DNA of 64,000 bases, taken from assembly GCA_001244265.2 (NCBI GenBank), contig CDLV01000016.1, positions 372,001-436,000 on the forward strand, written 5' to 3'. The translations under genes were made by a program, and so were the position numbers. Position 1 is the stretch's first letter; every line of letters starts with the position of its first letter. The stretch comes from Microbotryum violaceum. Its lineage: Eukaryota. A model generated the notes under the pieces. The model was given only the letters and a program-made list of their open reading frames with translations. It made no database searches and was not told the DNA's origin. Below are positions 37,930 through 49,740 of this stretch, piece by piece.

Positions 37930-38506
37930 AAAAGAACCTCGGTACCGCAGGCGACGAGCAGGCTGCTAGAGAGCCGGATCTCGGGTATTGCTTCTGGGCA
38001 TGACCTTCGTATTCATTCTCGGTAGATATTTTCGATATGCATCTGTTTATGAGTATTCCATGAAGTGAGTCCAGTCTTTCGCGGCGCCCTCGGCACACGG
38101 TTCCACAAAGTCGGAACAAGCCAAAGAGCACAATCTGGGGTTGTGGCAAAGATTTCTATGGCACGACCGACGGTTATTCGGACCCCGTACCTTGCGTTTG
38201 ATGCGTTGACCCGTTGAGAGGAGTCGATTCTGCATGATGATTGGTCTAGACGCCTACAAAACTTCCCCCGCAAAACCCCCAAAAAAACCCGCGCTACTCG
38301 CCGAAGGACGCCGTTGCAGCACTAGCGGCGTTCCGTCGCGGTCCGCCGCAGCCAGATTGGCGGTCTGCTGGCCCTCGGACGTGTGGCAACTACCAGCTGG
38401 TTACCTTCCCCCCTCTCCCTCTCCCTCTCCCTCTCACTCTCACTCTCCCTCTCTCTCTCCCTCTCCCACTGTACTGTATATTCTTCTCAACTATTCTCCG
38501 ACCACC

Positions 38507-41397
38507 ATGAGGGTCTCGCTCGTCGTTATCGTGGCGCTCGCATCGAATGCAGCTCACTCGGCACCGATCCCGAATCCTAATCCTCAGCCTTTGCTCGGGT
38601 GGCTAAAGTGAGCGATCCCGCTTTGAGAGATTACCACTGCCCGCTCTAGCACACCGGAAGTAGTAACTAACATCAAGCTTTAACGAACGCTTCTCAGTCC
38701 AATGCACTGGTTCAAATCAAGCACCCCTGCCGCTACCCCAGCCGCTCCAACCACTAACGCGACGGTGAGGAACGATTCGGACAGCGCTGAGCTTGGGTCG
38801 ATGACCGTCACGATGACTTATACGCCACCACTTCACTCTCGTAGAATTCGACCGGAGATTTATCGGGATTGCTCGGGTGAGTCATACAGACCTTAGAGAT
38901 CTACTCGGGAACGACCTGACAAAACGGCTTGCTCTTCCCCGCAGCGCACTCGCATCATCCAGCGCAGCCTCCAGCGTGAGTTTTCCTGTGATTCCTCCGA
39001 GCTACACATGTTACTCACATTTATTGGTTCCTCGATTTCATCAGCTGCCTTCCGGCGGTACTTCTGAGTGAGCTAGTAGACAAACAGGGTTTGGACAAGA
39101 CGTCGAGCGCTGAACCTAAGCCTTATATTATAATTCATTCGAATATCACTAGCACTCCCTCCTCGTCCTCGACTCCAGTGGACACCACACCCCCTTCGAA
39201 TAGTACGGCGAGTAGTTCGACCTCAAACACTACGGCTTCTGCATCTGGACCTACCGACGTGAGCTGCCTCACTCACACCGCTTGGGCTGCTCGACGGCAA
39301 CTGAAGCTTGTGACCATTATTTGCCTACAGAACATGTCGAACGACCTATCGCAGATGTTTGGGTGAGAAAACCCATGCGTATCATCATGTGTGGTCTTAA
39401 ATTCACCGTCGATCGCGTTTGTACCCAGTGCATTCGTCACGCCCGATAACAGTACGACAAATGCCACCACCCCAGATTCGAGCACCGACGCCTCCAATAC
39501 GAGTGGCACTGCTTCCAGCACGAGTGATACGCTATCACCGTCCCCTTCGGACAGAAAAAAGTCCAAGTCGAGCGATGGTACCTCTTCGGGCTCGAACTCT
39601 TCGGCTACCGACAGCAGCAGCTACAATTCTTCGAACACGGGGGCTGGAAGCAAAACCGATTCGAACGACGCCGCGGGAAACGCCACCACTCCCGATTCGA
39701 GCACGGACGCCTCCAATACGAGGGGCACTGCTTCCAGCACGAGTGATACGCTTTCACCGTCCTCTTCGGACAGCAAAACGTCCAATTTGAGCGATGGTAC
39801 CTCTTCGGGCTCGAACTCTTCGGCTGCCGACAGCAGTAGCTACAATTCTACGAACACAGGGGCTGGAAGCAAGACCGATTCGAGCACCGACGCCTCCAAT
39901 ACGAGGGGCATAGCTTCCAGCGCGAGTGATACGCTTTCACCGTCCTCTTCGGACAGAAAAAAGTCCAAGTCGAGCGATGGTACCTCGTCGGGCTCGAAAT
40001 CTTCGGCTACCGACAGCAGCAGCTACGACTCTTCGAACATAGGGGCTGGAAGCAAGACCGATTCGAGCGACGCTGCGGAGGCATCCCCGTTGCCTTCGCC
40101 TTCGCCATCTCCGACGCCAAAACACAAGAGCAAAAACAAGGCCAAAGCGACACCAGAGTTGGGGACCCCGGTCAATACGACCTATTACACCAACGACACG
40201 TCGACGAGTACGCCCGAGAAATCCACTGGAAGCACTGGCACGGGGTGGAATACGACTTTAGCCTCGAAAACAACCCCCACCCCGGACTCTGGGTCCCAAG
40301 ATGCGACTGATTCAGGGGTGGACAATTCTACACTAAGCTTGAATGCGACGACCACTCCCAATACTCTCAACGCAACAACGAATGGGCTGAGCGCGTCGAA
40401 CGACACTGATGCCACAACGAGCCTGAACACGACCTCTCTCCCCGCGTCCGATTCAACCCAGAGCGACTCGGATGGGGTCGACTCGACGAATGTCCTCAAT
40501 ACGACTGTGGCAAAATCAACGGTAGGGAATACGACGGGATACAACGCGTCAAACCCCTTCAACGTTTCTGTGACGAGTACATCGGACAATAACGCCAACT
40601 CGACCGCGGGTCTCGACGGGACCAACACCGATGACAGCCCCGAGGGGACCAATTCGACCTCTACTCCAGACCAGTTGAACACGACGTCCACTCTTAACAC
40701 CACAGATGCAACCTCCGTTGATCCTTCGAGTCTGCCAAACTCGACTTTCGACGTCAGCACCACCAACGATTCGAACTCCGCGTTCGCTGGCACAGGTGCC
40801 AACACAACTGCCGGAACGTTGAACGCGTCGACCCTGACGAGTTCGGATGCGACCACCACTCCGAACATCACCATTCCGGACACCACCACTCCAATCACAA
40901 CCGCTTCTACTCCGGACACTATCACTCCGAACACCACCACTCCAATCACAACCCCTCCGAACGCCACCACTCCAATCACAACCCCTCCGAACGCCACCAC
41001 TCCAATCACAACCGCTTCTACTCCGGACACCATCACTCCGAACACCACTCCAATGACAACCCATCCGAACACCACCACTCCGAACGTCACCATTCCGGAC
41101 ACCACCACTCCGAACACCACTACTCCGATGACAACCGCTCCAAACACCACCATTCCGGACACCACCACTCCGAACACCAATACTCCGATGACAACCGCTC
41201 CGAACACCACCGCTAATTACGGAACTTGGGAACCTCCCCATCAGTACGGGAATACGACGACGAGCACCAATGATACGACGACTGGCACGACGGTTGCCGA
41301 TACTGGAGCAGCGACGGATTCGACGAACACCACACAGCTCGACGAGGGAAGCAACGCTGTAAACCTCACCTCGACCGCCAATGCGACGAGATATTAA
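38507..41397 (+). CDS. Secreted protein 3: large mucin-like S/T/N-rich glycoprotein; micro-exons then a ~2 kb terminal exon
   Basis: Signal peptide MRVSLVVIVALASNAAHS followed by AP-IP-NP-NP-QP and LLGWLN|PMHWFKSS. The 668-aa ORF 39391-41397 has many N-x-T/S sequons. No hydrophobic C-terminal GPI signal. Confidence 0.85.
39460..40075 (+). repeat. Three tandem ~200-220-bp coding repeats (DSSTDASNT..SDTLSPSSSD..GAGSKTDS)
   Basis: Near-identical units visible in both DNA and translation. Confidence 0.9.
40850..41215 (+). repeat. Coding minisatellite of 15/30-bp units (NTTTP / ITTPP)
   Basis: Repeated ACCACCACTCC(G/A) units. Confidence 0.9.
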
Positions 41398-42013
41398 GTC
41401 TACTGCTCGCCTCACTTCCTCTGGCTGCCCATGTTCATAGTAAGGCTTTTGTTCATGCTGGCTTCTAATTTGTCCCGATTGTCCCGGGCCAGCTCTTGTT
41501 GAAGATTTGGGCAAAGCGTAGCGCTCGCAGGTATTCGAGTGCATAAACATATCCTAATCCTCAGTAAATAGTGTCTGAGAGAGAGAATTTGGGGACGTCC
41601 TGCATTCTCACGAGGTGACTGGCTCAACCTGGAAGGGGAACATCGTTGGAGCCCCTGAGTGAGGGATTGGATTGAATGGGGCCGTGACCTTGAGCTCACT
41701 TTAGGCTTTTTTTTGTTTTATTGGGGCTCATAAATTTCAATCTTTCTGGTTGGCTGGGACCGCTAGAGCCAGAAGAAGTTATAAAGCAACGACGGCAAGC
41801 AGTTGGGTGAAAGTCAAACCCCCTGCGCGCAAAGAGCGCTGCGCAGATCAAAACCCGCCGAGCACCTAACGCGGACTCCAACGGGCGGTGAGTACTGCTG
41901 CCGCATCACGTCCCAAGAGCGGGAGCGAAGATACTCGAAAACCAGGCAAGAGCGCCTAGAGAAGGAAAGGGAGATAATATACAGAAAGTCACGACTGGAA
42001 ACACGGAGAACCA

Positions 42014-43626
42014 TGTCGCAGAAATGTTCTCAAGTGGAATCTGATGATGACCTGATGACCACGAATGAACAGGAACGAGAACAGAGTAAGGTAAGGTTCC
42101 AAAGAGCTGACCTGATGATGACCACGACTCACTCCAATGAACAGGGACGAGAACAGAGTGGCCAGAGACTAAGAAACAGACTCGCGGAAGGCTAGAAAGT
42201 GAAGCGTAAATCTAATAAGGAAAGAGAATAGAGACTAGTAAAGTAGGGAGATTGACTATTAAGGAGCGAATGGTCTTTTCGGCTTTTGCTGCAAGGATTT
42301 CACGCGCAGATTCAGGCTTGCGTGCACGGACCCTCTCTCCCGCGTGGATGCTATAGCTGTTGCTTCCCACACACGCGGGCTCACGGGCGGTACTCGCAAC
42401 GCACGCTCCCTTTTGGGCCTTCACTGAGTTGTCGACGTTTCCCCCAGTGGATGCTACAGCTGTGCTTCCCACACGCGAGCTCACGGGCGGTACTACTCGC
42501 AACGCACGTTCCCTTTCGGGCCTTCACTGCGTTGTCGACGTTTCCTTACCAGCTTCTGCGGCTGCGTTCACCACCTGTAGGGACAGGTGCGTTCTTCACT
42601 CCCAAAACTACCTCCCAGCTGACGAGATCGCTGATCGAGAGTTCCATCTTGCCGGACGTTCACAGCTGCTAGCAGCTCGTTATGAAACCCTCGACGTGGC
42701 TCGCTTAGAGTAGCTCGAGGTAAGTGCTTCGATACACCCAAGCTTGTTGCATGGTGTACTTTGCACTTGGATCCCTGAAAATTCTTTGTGGGGGCATTTT
42801 GCTCCGGGCCCTTGTTGGGCAACGAGCTAAATCGCATATCTCTCAGCAGACCCTTTGCCGTCCTTTGCACCAACCGCGCCCCAACTGTCTTTATACAGTG
42901 TCTTTCCTTTGTCGCAATGGTATGCTGAGACGATCAGTGGACTTGTTCCATCATCAGTTGCAGCCGACTGATATCCAGAAGCTTGGGTCGCAAAGCTCCC
43001 AATTGTCATCCCGCCCACCATCCCTGTGTATCACCAAGAAGTTCGGACTCTCTTCCGTTTAGATCAATCTCTTGCGGTTTTCCCCAGAAGGCCGGGTTTT
43101 CACCGCTTGAGGTATTTGTTTAACAAACCCTACACCACCAATGTTGTCCTTCGTCTTGCTGCAACTCGAACCACTATTCCGCTACGACTCGCGCGAGTGG
43201 TCAGGAGAGTCGAGCTCGCAACGACCCTCATTTACGCAGGGAGGTGGGCGCGGAGCGCCCCCGAGCTCTACTACGTTGACAAATAACTTAAAAAACTAGG
43301 AAACGGGCGACGCGCACTAGTAGGTAGTAGGCGGTTGGGAAGAGAGACATCTGCCTTTGATTACAACCCTGGACTAGTGTTGTTATGAGACCTCAATATC
43401 CCTACTTTACTAGTCTCTATTTTTTCTCCTTATTAGCTTTACGCTTTACTTTTTAGCCTTCCGCGAGTCTGTCTCTTAGTCTCTGGCCACTCTGTTCTCG
43501 TTCCTATTCATTGGACTGAGTCGTGGTCATCATCAGGTCAGCTCTTTGGAATCTTACCTTACTCTGTTCTCGTCCCTGTTCATTTGTGGTCATCATCAGA
43601 TTCCACTTGAGAACATTTCTGCGACA
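42014..43626. mobile_element. Non-autonomous element with ~240-bp TIRs and TGT..ACA termini (Ginger-like)
   Basis: 42014-~42255 is an imperfect reverse complement of ~43392-43626, beginning TGTCGCAGAAATGTTCTCAAGTGGAATCTGATGATGACC. Internal ~100-bp tandem duplication at ~42350-42545. No clean target duplication. Confidence 0.8.
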
Positions 43627-44098
43627 ACAGGCCGCAGCCAGGCCCCAGCTCTCGTCACCCCGATGTAAAGCTCGGTTGCCTTACGCTATTTAACTACCCT
43701 TCTGATTTCAATATGCATCTATTGAAATCGTCAGTCTTTTGGACCGTGTAACCTAGTCGTGAAGGGCCTGGGGTATTACACCCGACAGCGCCTGATGCCC
43801 TCCCTTGGCTGAGTCTCGAGTGCTGGCTGTTGAGTCGCCGGGGCCGAGCGAAAAACGATCCAATACAACGAAACGGGCCGCGCCTTGACGCGATGATATT
43901 GACCAAAAACGAGCGACCTTTCTTCCCGATCCATGCCGTAGATCTTGACCAACACGAACGAACGATCCATTCGACGGAATCCAACACACGGCTTAGGAAT
44001 AAAGGAGAAGTGGGTGAAGCGTAGTCAACAACCGAGCGACAGGAACGAGAAGAGGAAGGGAAGGGAAAAGGGGGGAGAAAGGAGAGGGGTGAACTTCA

Positions 44099-44293
<195 letters not shown>

Positions 44294-44464
44294 TTATTTG
44301 TAAATCTTTCCAATGAGGCCGCACATAGCTGTCGGAGGTGCCGCAGAAGCTTGACACAGACTCCGATTGGGACTTAGTGTCGACGCATTGCAATAGCCTG
44401 GCCGCAGTGCAAAGGTCTAAGGGGAAGTGTTGAAGGTGTTAGTAGGCCTTGCACTGATATCGGG

Positions 44465-44537
44465 GGCCGGATAGCTTAGTAGGTCAAAGCTTTTCCAATC
44501 AGTGGAAGCGACCCAGGTTCGACTCCTGGTCCAGCCG
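44465..44537 (+). tRNA. tRNA-like gene/pseudo-tRNA with apparent UCA anticodon and non-canonical anticodon loop
   Basis: 73-nt cloverleaf. Acceptor GGCCGGA/TCCAGCC (one C-A mismatch), D stem GCTT/AAGC, anticodon stem TTTCC/GGAAG with loop AATCAGT, T arm CCAGG-TTCGACT-CCTGG. TTTT follows shortly downstream. Confidence 0.75.
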
Positions 44538-44865
44538 TTCTCATCTTTTGTTGATCATTTTCGGGATCATTGTTGACTTTAACACCTGAGTATGGAGCTT
44601 GATAATTCAAAGCCGGTCTATTCTCACGGCCATGGTCAAGGTCAATCGGCGATGGGTGCCAGACATCCTTAACCTCCGCCAGGCCTGAGCCCGTCCGTCG
44701 CGACAGACGCCGTTGCGGCGGCCAATCCGCAGTCCGGTCCGGCGGGGGAGTACGTTCGGAGTATACTCCAGTCGGACGCTTGACTCCGAGGGTCGAAATT
44801 CCGACGAAGACGCGCTCAGGTGGTTCTGACCTCCTTGATCACTGGCTTTACTACTCGAGACCTCG

Positions 44866-45580
44866 ATGATCTCAAGCCGAAGATATGCGATCCTTGTCCT
44901 CCTCGTATGCATCACGGTCACCTCCGGCGCACCGACACCGGACCCCTTATCACTCGGCGGGTTTGGTAAGCTTTTAAAGTGCGTCCCAACTCATTGCCTC
45001 GCCTCAGCACGCGTCGCTGATGAGCTCAAACGTATAAACCCATCTGTTGCGTGATCTGGCAGTCCCTTTTCGTGGTTCGGTCATAAAAACTCGAGTGACG
45101 GCACCACAACGTCGGGTACTTCAGCGAACACCAGCACCGCCAGCACCTCGCACCCAGAGGACACGGCTAGAAACGCCGCAGCAGTTGCGTTAGAGAAGGC
45201 CGACCCGTGGAACAATACGCTGGTTTGTGCCGTTGCTTGTGCCCAGAAAGAGAACGGTATCACGTGAGCATCGCGAAACCCAAGATGTTCCGCCGCCGGA
45301 AGCTGCCGCTACCGTCGTCCTGACGCTCTCGGCGTCCGGCTCGCTCACGACTTGCACAGGAAAAATCGGTTGTGCCCGCAACTGTGCAAGATGACGATGA
45401 ATTTGCGAAAGGCACCGCAAGCAAGTGAGTTGTTGTTACCGTTCGCTCTCGGGACGGAGGACGAAGCTCACGTATTTCGGCGCGGGCGAACCTTTTATTT
45501 GCCGAGGGGTATCTCATCAGATGCAACAGCGACGATATCCTAGTAGCGCAGCGTGTCAGCGAGGGAGGTTGAATACATGA
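44866..45580 (+). CDS. Secreted protein 4: small, Cys-containing, same N-terminal architecture; 3' end uncertain
   Basis: Signal peptide ..YAILVLLVCITVTSG followed by AP-TP-DP and GFGKLLN|PFSWFGHKNSS across a phase-2 intron. Then an S/T spacer and CAVAC..LCPQLC. Confidence 0.68.
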
Positions 45581-46189
45581 GATAGGTTTCCTAAGACAGT
45601 GTATATGGCCGCAATGAAGCAATTGCGAAACACACATAATCCCATGAAGGCACTTAAAAGCTCAGGCTTCTAAAGCTGCAAAACGAAGTTGAGCTGAAGC
45701 CAAAGTCTTCAGCCTCGACTCTGTGTCATCCGAGGATTCCGAGCACCGGATTGCCTATTCTTTACTCTCGAGTTAGCTTCGGCTTTCACAAATCCGTCGC
45801 TTCGACAGGATCCTGGGACCACCGCGAGCCTATCACGAGCTGGCTGGCATACAACTGGGCGAAATTGATCCGTGCCGCTGCACGATGGCCGAAGCCCGCC
45901 GGCGCTGAGCCGCGCCTCGGGCTCTTAATGTGCGCACCCGTTTCCCCGCTTATTCTGCGCCTTCCATCATCTCTTTGGTCATCGAAAATCTTTCGTTCAC
46001 GTAAGGAGTTGCATCCCCACCTAAACCTGAAGTCGCGTGCACGCCTTAACACTTGCTTGCACAATCATCTCGAAGGCCTGCTCGACCCCGGTAAAGGTGA
46101 GTGGGGCCCCAGCGAGACCCTCGAGACTCCGCGCCCTGACAGCTGACCCGAACTGACGCCTCCCTAGATTCACAGCCCACGACCCAAAC

Positions 46190-47224
46190 ATGGCCAACTC
46201 ATCCGCACATTTGATCTCCCCGGACCACCCCTACCAGAAAACGTATGCGAGCCGTCCCAAGGCGACGTATGGAACGAGCCGGCGTCCGAGCCCGCAGATG
46301 GGCCTGGCGATGCTCAAAGACACGATCCCCTTAACGACCTTCCTCGGCTTGGGCGCCTTGTTGCAATACCTCGTCATCCTAGTATCCCCTCCGACGTGGT
46401 GGTGGACCAAGTGGGTCTTACCGCTACTCCTCATCCTGGCGCCATGGGTCAAACCAACCATGATTCATTACGGTCTGAGCTCGTCCCCCGATCATGATCG
46501 CGTCATGCCAGGTAAATGGATGGCCCGCATGCCAGGAGGTGAAGAAGATCCCACGACCGGTCGCGTCCAATCTCCCGAATTCGTCATCTTCATGATCGGT
46601 GCCCGTTTCCATGGACCCTTTGGTCGTTTCTCATCAAGTTCGAAAAAGTTGGGCAAGGCGTTCAACGAGATGTGGGCCCAACTGTCCGCTGACCCCGACT
46701 CGGGTTTGCTCAACGTCGACATGTACCTCGGCACGTCCGAATGGAGAAACAACAAACTCAAGACCGTCGCCGTGTTTAGGAGCAAGGAGGATCTGTGGAA
46801 GTTTGCGAGGGGCCCGTTACACTCCAAGGTGTGGACGGATTACTACAACCTCGGTGGGTACGAGGATCGTGGGTATGAGATTTGGCACGAAATGTTTGTT
46901 GTGAGTTCCTTTCGGCTTGGGAAGAGAATAGACCGCCCCTTTCTTTGATTACCGAATGACTGATCCAAGACCGTCCTAACCCCAACCCTTTAGGTCAAAG
47001 AAGGTGGCTTTGACGGCATCTACGTCAACCACGACCCTTCAGGCAATACGATGGCCAACATCTTCCGTCAACTCAACGAGATCGATCCCGAAGGAACTCG
47101 CAGCGAAGAAGGCGATCGTTGGAAGTCCATCCTGGTGCCCATCAATAGTGCCAAGACCAAGACTTCGGCGGGGAGGATGGGCCAGGAGGAGTATAAGAGT
47201 GAGAAGGAGGTTGTCAACAAGTAA
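46190..47224 (+). CDS. DUF4188-like protein (fungal ABM-like monooxygenase / aldoxime dehydratase-related fold) with N-terminal membrane segments
   Basis: FVIFMIGARFHGPFG, FNEMWAQL, FRSKEDLWKFARGPLHSKVW..Y and IWHEMFV|V..GGFDGIYVN. One intron at ~46901-46993. Confidence 0.72.
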
Positions 47225-47406
47225 GGGGAGGGTGGCATATGTTTTATGAGGGGTATCGGGTGTGTTTTGGTCTTGCTTGTCGCGGGGCCATACGGGGTTC
47301 CATCTTGTTCGTTCTCAAGATCATGTTTTGTTCTTTGGTCTGACGGTCACTCCTTGTTGAAATTTCAACGAAGGAGCATACTCGTGCGCGGGTGAATTTG
47401 CACCCA

Positions 47407-48502
47407 TCAATCTACGGCTGAATAGAACGATAACCCGCCCTCGTTGACGATGGCCCAAATGATGATCCGCAAAGCTTGCGTCAATTCGGGAAGGGAATAA
47501 GGCAATCCGACGCTGTGGAAGACGTGCAGGGAGCCCAGTCAGCTTCCCGCGACATGCACCGTCCTAGAATTCGGGAAAGTGCTCACGGTGGTACATGTAT
47601 GAATTGTACGGGTGTTTCTTGGCGCTTTTCGTTGGGAATGTCCCTGTCGACATCGCGCCGAGCGGTCCCGACGTCATTGGAATGTGTTGTCGCCAGGAAT
47701 TTGGCCCAGGCCAATGAGGCGCAAAAAGTAAACTCGCACAGGAAGAGGCCTAAGGAATAACACATCAGTGAGAAGCATCCCACTCGTTAAGGGAGACTTA
47801 CCGGCATCCTTGCTGATCCTCAAAAACTCGATGCCACCCCCTTCACCTCGACTGGCTCGTAAAACCTTGTCCACGTCGATGCTCGAATGCAATACCTCGT
47901 CCGACCGATCAAAGACCTCGCCCAGCCCGGTAAAACCTCGATAACCTGTTTCGTGGTCCAATGGCGCATAGGTTTGGTCGACATCGGGTTTGTCATAGCT
48001 GAATTTGCGCGCGAGAGCTTCGAGGGTCAGGGAGTAAGGGGCGCCGACACCGACGTGGATGATGAGATCGGGCTTGGGTCCCGTGGAGGTGGTGTGCAAT
48101 TGGGGAACGATGGAGAGGGAGGAGGCGTAGGTGACGGGGATGAGGGTCGAGGTGAAGTGAATGGGTCGGGTCGATGATGATCCATTCGATGAGGGCGGGG
48201 AAGTGGCGGTGATCGAGGACTTACTCCGCGAGGAGGATGCAGCGAGGGGTGCAGGGCGTGAATCGAGTGTGGTCTGGTGCAGCTGTTTCACCGCTTGCCA
48301 CGAAGGGTTGATCGTGTGTTCTCCGAACGGCTGCACACGATGGATCCGAGATGTCAGTGCGATGGGATGACATGATGTTAAAGTGGGGAAGTCGAGTGGG
48401 ACCCTCTCAAGACAGGGCAGATGAGCTCACTCCAAAGCCCGTGATGTGGACATGAAAGGGCTTGGATTTGTTCGAGTGGTCATGGGCTGGGAGCGGGGTC
48501 AT
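47407..48502 (-). CDS. Pyroglutamyl-peptidase I (peptidase C15)
   Basis: HITGFG|PFGEHTINPSW, IIHVGVG, catalytic Glu in LEALAR, SKDAG|LFLCEFTF (Cys) and FIHVPP (His). Confidence 0.9.
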
Positions 48503-48820
48503 TTGGAAGAGCTTGACTTGGCTGGCGGTAGGCGACAGGAGGCAGGGAGAGGACGAGGTCCGAGCGCAACGCCCAGGCGACGACAGCCGACGACTTGAGT
48601 TTGGTCGATGCTCTCTCTCGCCTCCTTTTAGACCCCACCAGCTTCCGCCCTTGATCACCACACTTGGCACGACCGACCTAGTCCACTCTCCAAGCCACGG
48701 CGTCCATCTCACCGCTTGCAAGTGTCACCGAATCGACTCCTTAGCTCAGCCAGCCAGCCCCCCCACGACGCGTCATCAACCCATTCCTTGCGTGCTCACG
48801 ACCATCACCTCCTCTCCACC

Positions 48821-49374
48821 ATGTCCAGCACCTCCCCTTCGTCCACTTCCAAAGATGGCCAAACAACACCAGCCGCCGCCGCCGCCGCCGCATCGAGTTC
48901 CCCCCCGTTGGACCAACTCCCGGCCTTGCACGAGGACGACGAGTTTGAGGAATTCGCTTCCCAGGGTCAGTCATAACCCCCTCACTCTTGGTTTTTTTTA
49001 CCGCCCCTGATCATTTCATTATATCTCGTGTTCAGATTGGGATGACTCGGCGACGTACTCGAACGTGCTCGCATCCAAATCCGGCCCAACAGGTGCCGGC
49101 GGGGCAGCAGCAGCCACAGCAGCCGCAGGAACGGAGGCGCAACAACAGCAGCAGAAGCAAGGGCTCGATTCGCTGTGGCAGGACAACTGGGACGACGATG
49201 ACGTCGAGGATGACTTTTCCGTCGCGCTCAGGTGAGTCTAGTGCCAGGGGGAAAGGGGATCGTGGAATGGAGGTGAGGTGGGGCGACACTTGTGCGTTCG
49301 CGTGCTGATGGGCTTGGTTGTTTTCCGGGTCTCACAGGGAACAATTGAGGAAACAGGATCAGATGCAGCTGTAG
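48821..49374 (+). CDS. SEM1: 26S proteasome lid / TREX-2 subunit Sem1/Dss1
   Basis: LHEDDEFEEFASQ|DWDD...LWQDNWDDDDVEDDFSVALR|EQL. Confidence 0.92.
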
Positions 49375-49740
49375 TAGAGCTTTGGTTCAAGTGACATGAC
49401 ACCCTTCTGAATGATCCTGATCCCCCGCGGGATTAGGTCCACCAAAGCCTCATTCGACAACGTCGCACGCGAGTCCAACTCTTGATGTTCAAACGGAAAG
49501 TACAGGGTAATAGACCAGTTAAGAGAGCACTTTCTATGGGGCAATTTTAACAGAACAGTCCACGACAAAGACGGAAAAAGGACAGGGAGCCGAATAACCC
49601 CCCCCCCCCCCCCCCCCCCCCCCCAACCCGGTGCGAGGCTAATAGACGCGGAAAACTGAAAGGGACATAAACACTGACACCGAAGAAAGCCGGAGTGCGC
49701 TGAGGAAGTCGAACATATCACAAGGAGAGGAGATGGGGCG

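Noticed and set aside
37029-41215. CRISPR-like arrays
   Set aside because: The repeats are spacer-less, in-frame coding tandem repeats in a eukaryotic gene.
40185-41550. Long antisense ORFs (341 and 333 aa), likewise 32666-33709
   Set aside because: Shadows of repetitive or codon-biased sense-strand genes.
44465-44537. tRNA-Sec, or a suppressor rescuing the nearby premature stops
   Set aside because: No long variable arm or extended acceptor stem, and UCA would read UGA rather than the TAG/TAA stops seen.
49598-49624. Poly-C tract (also poly-G at ~23537) as a functional G-quadruplex
   Set aside because: Simple homopolymers with no supporting context; length is unreliable in assemblies.
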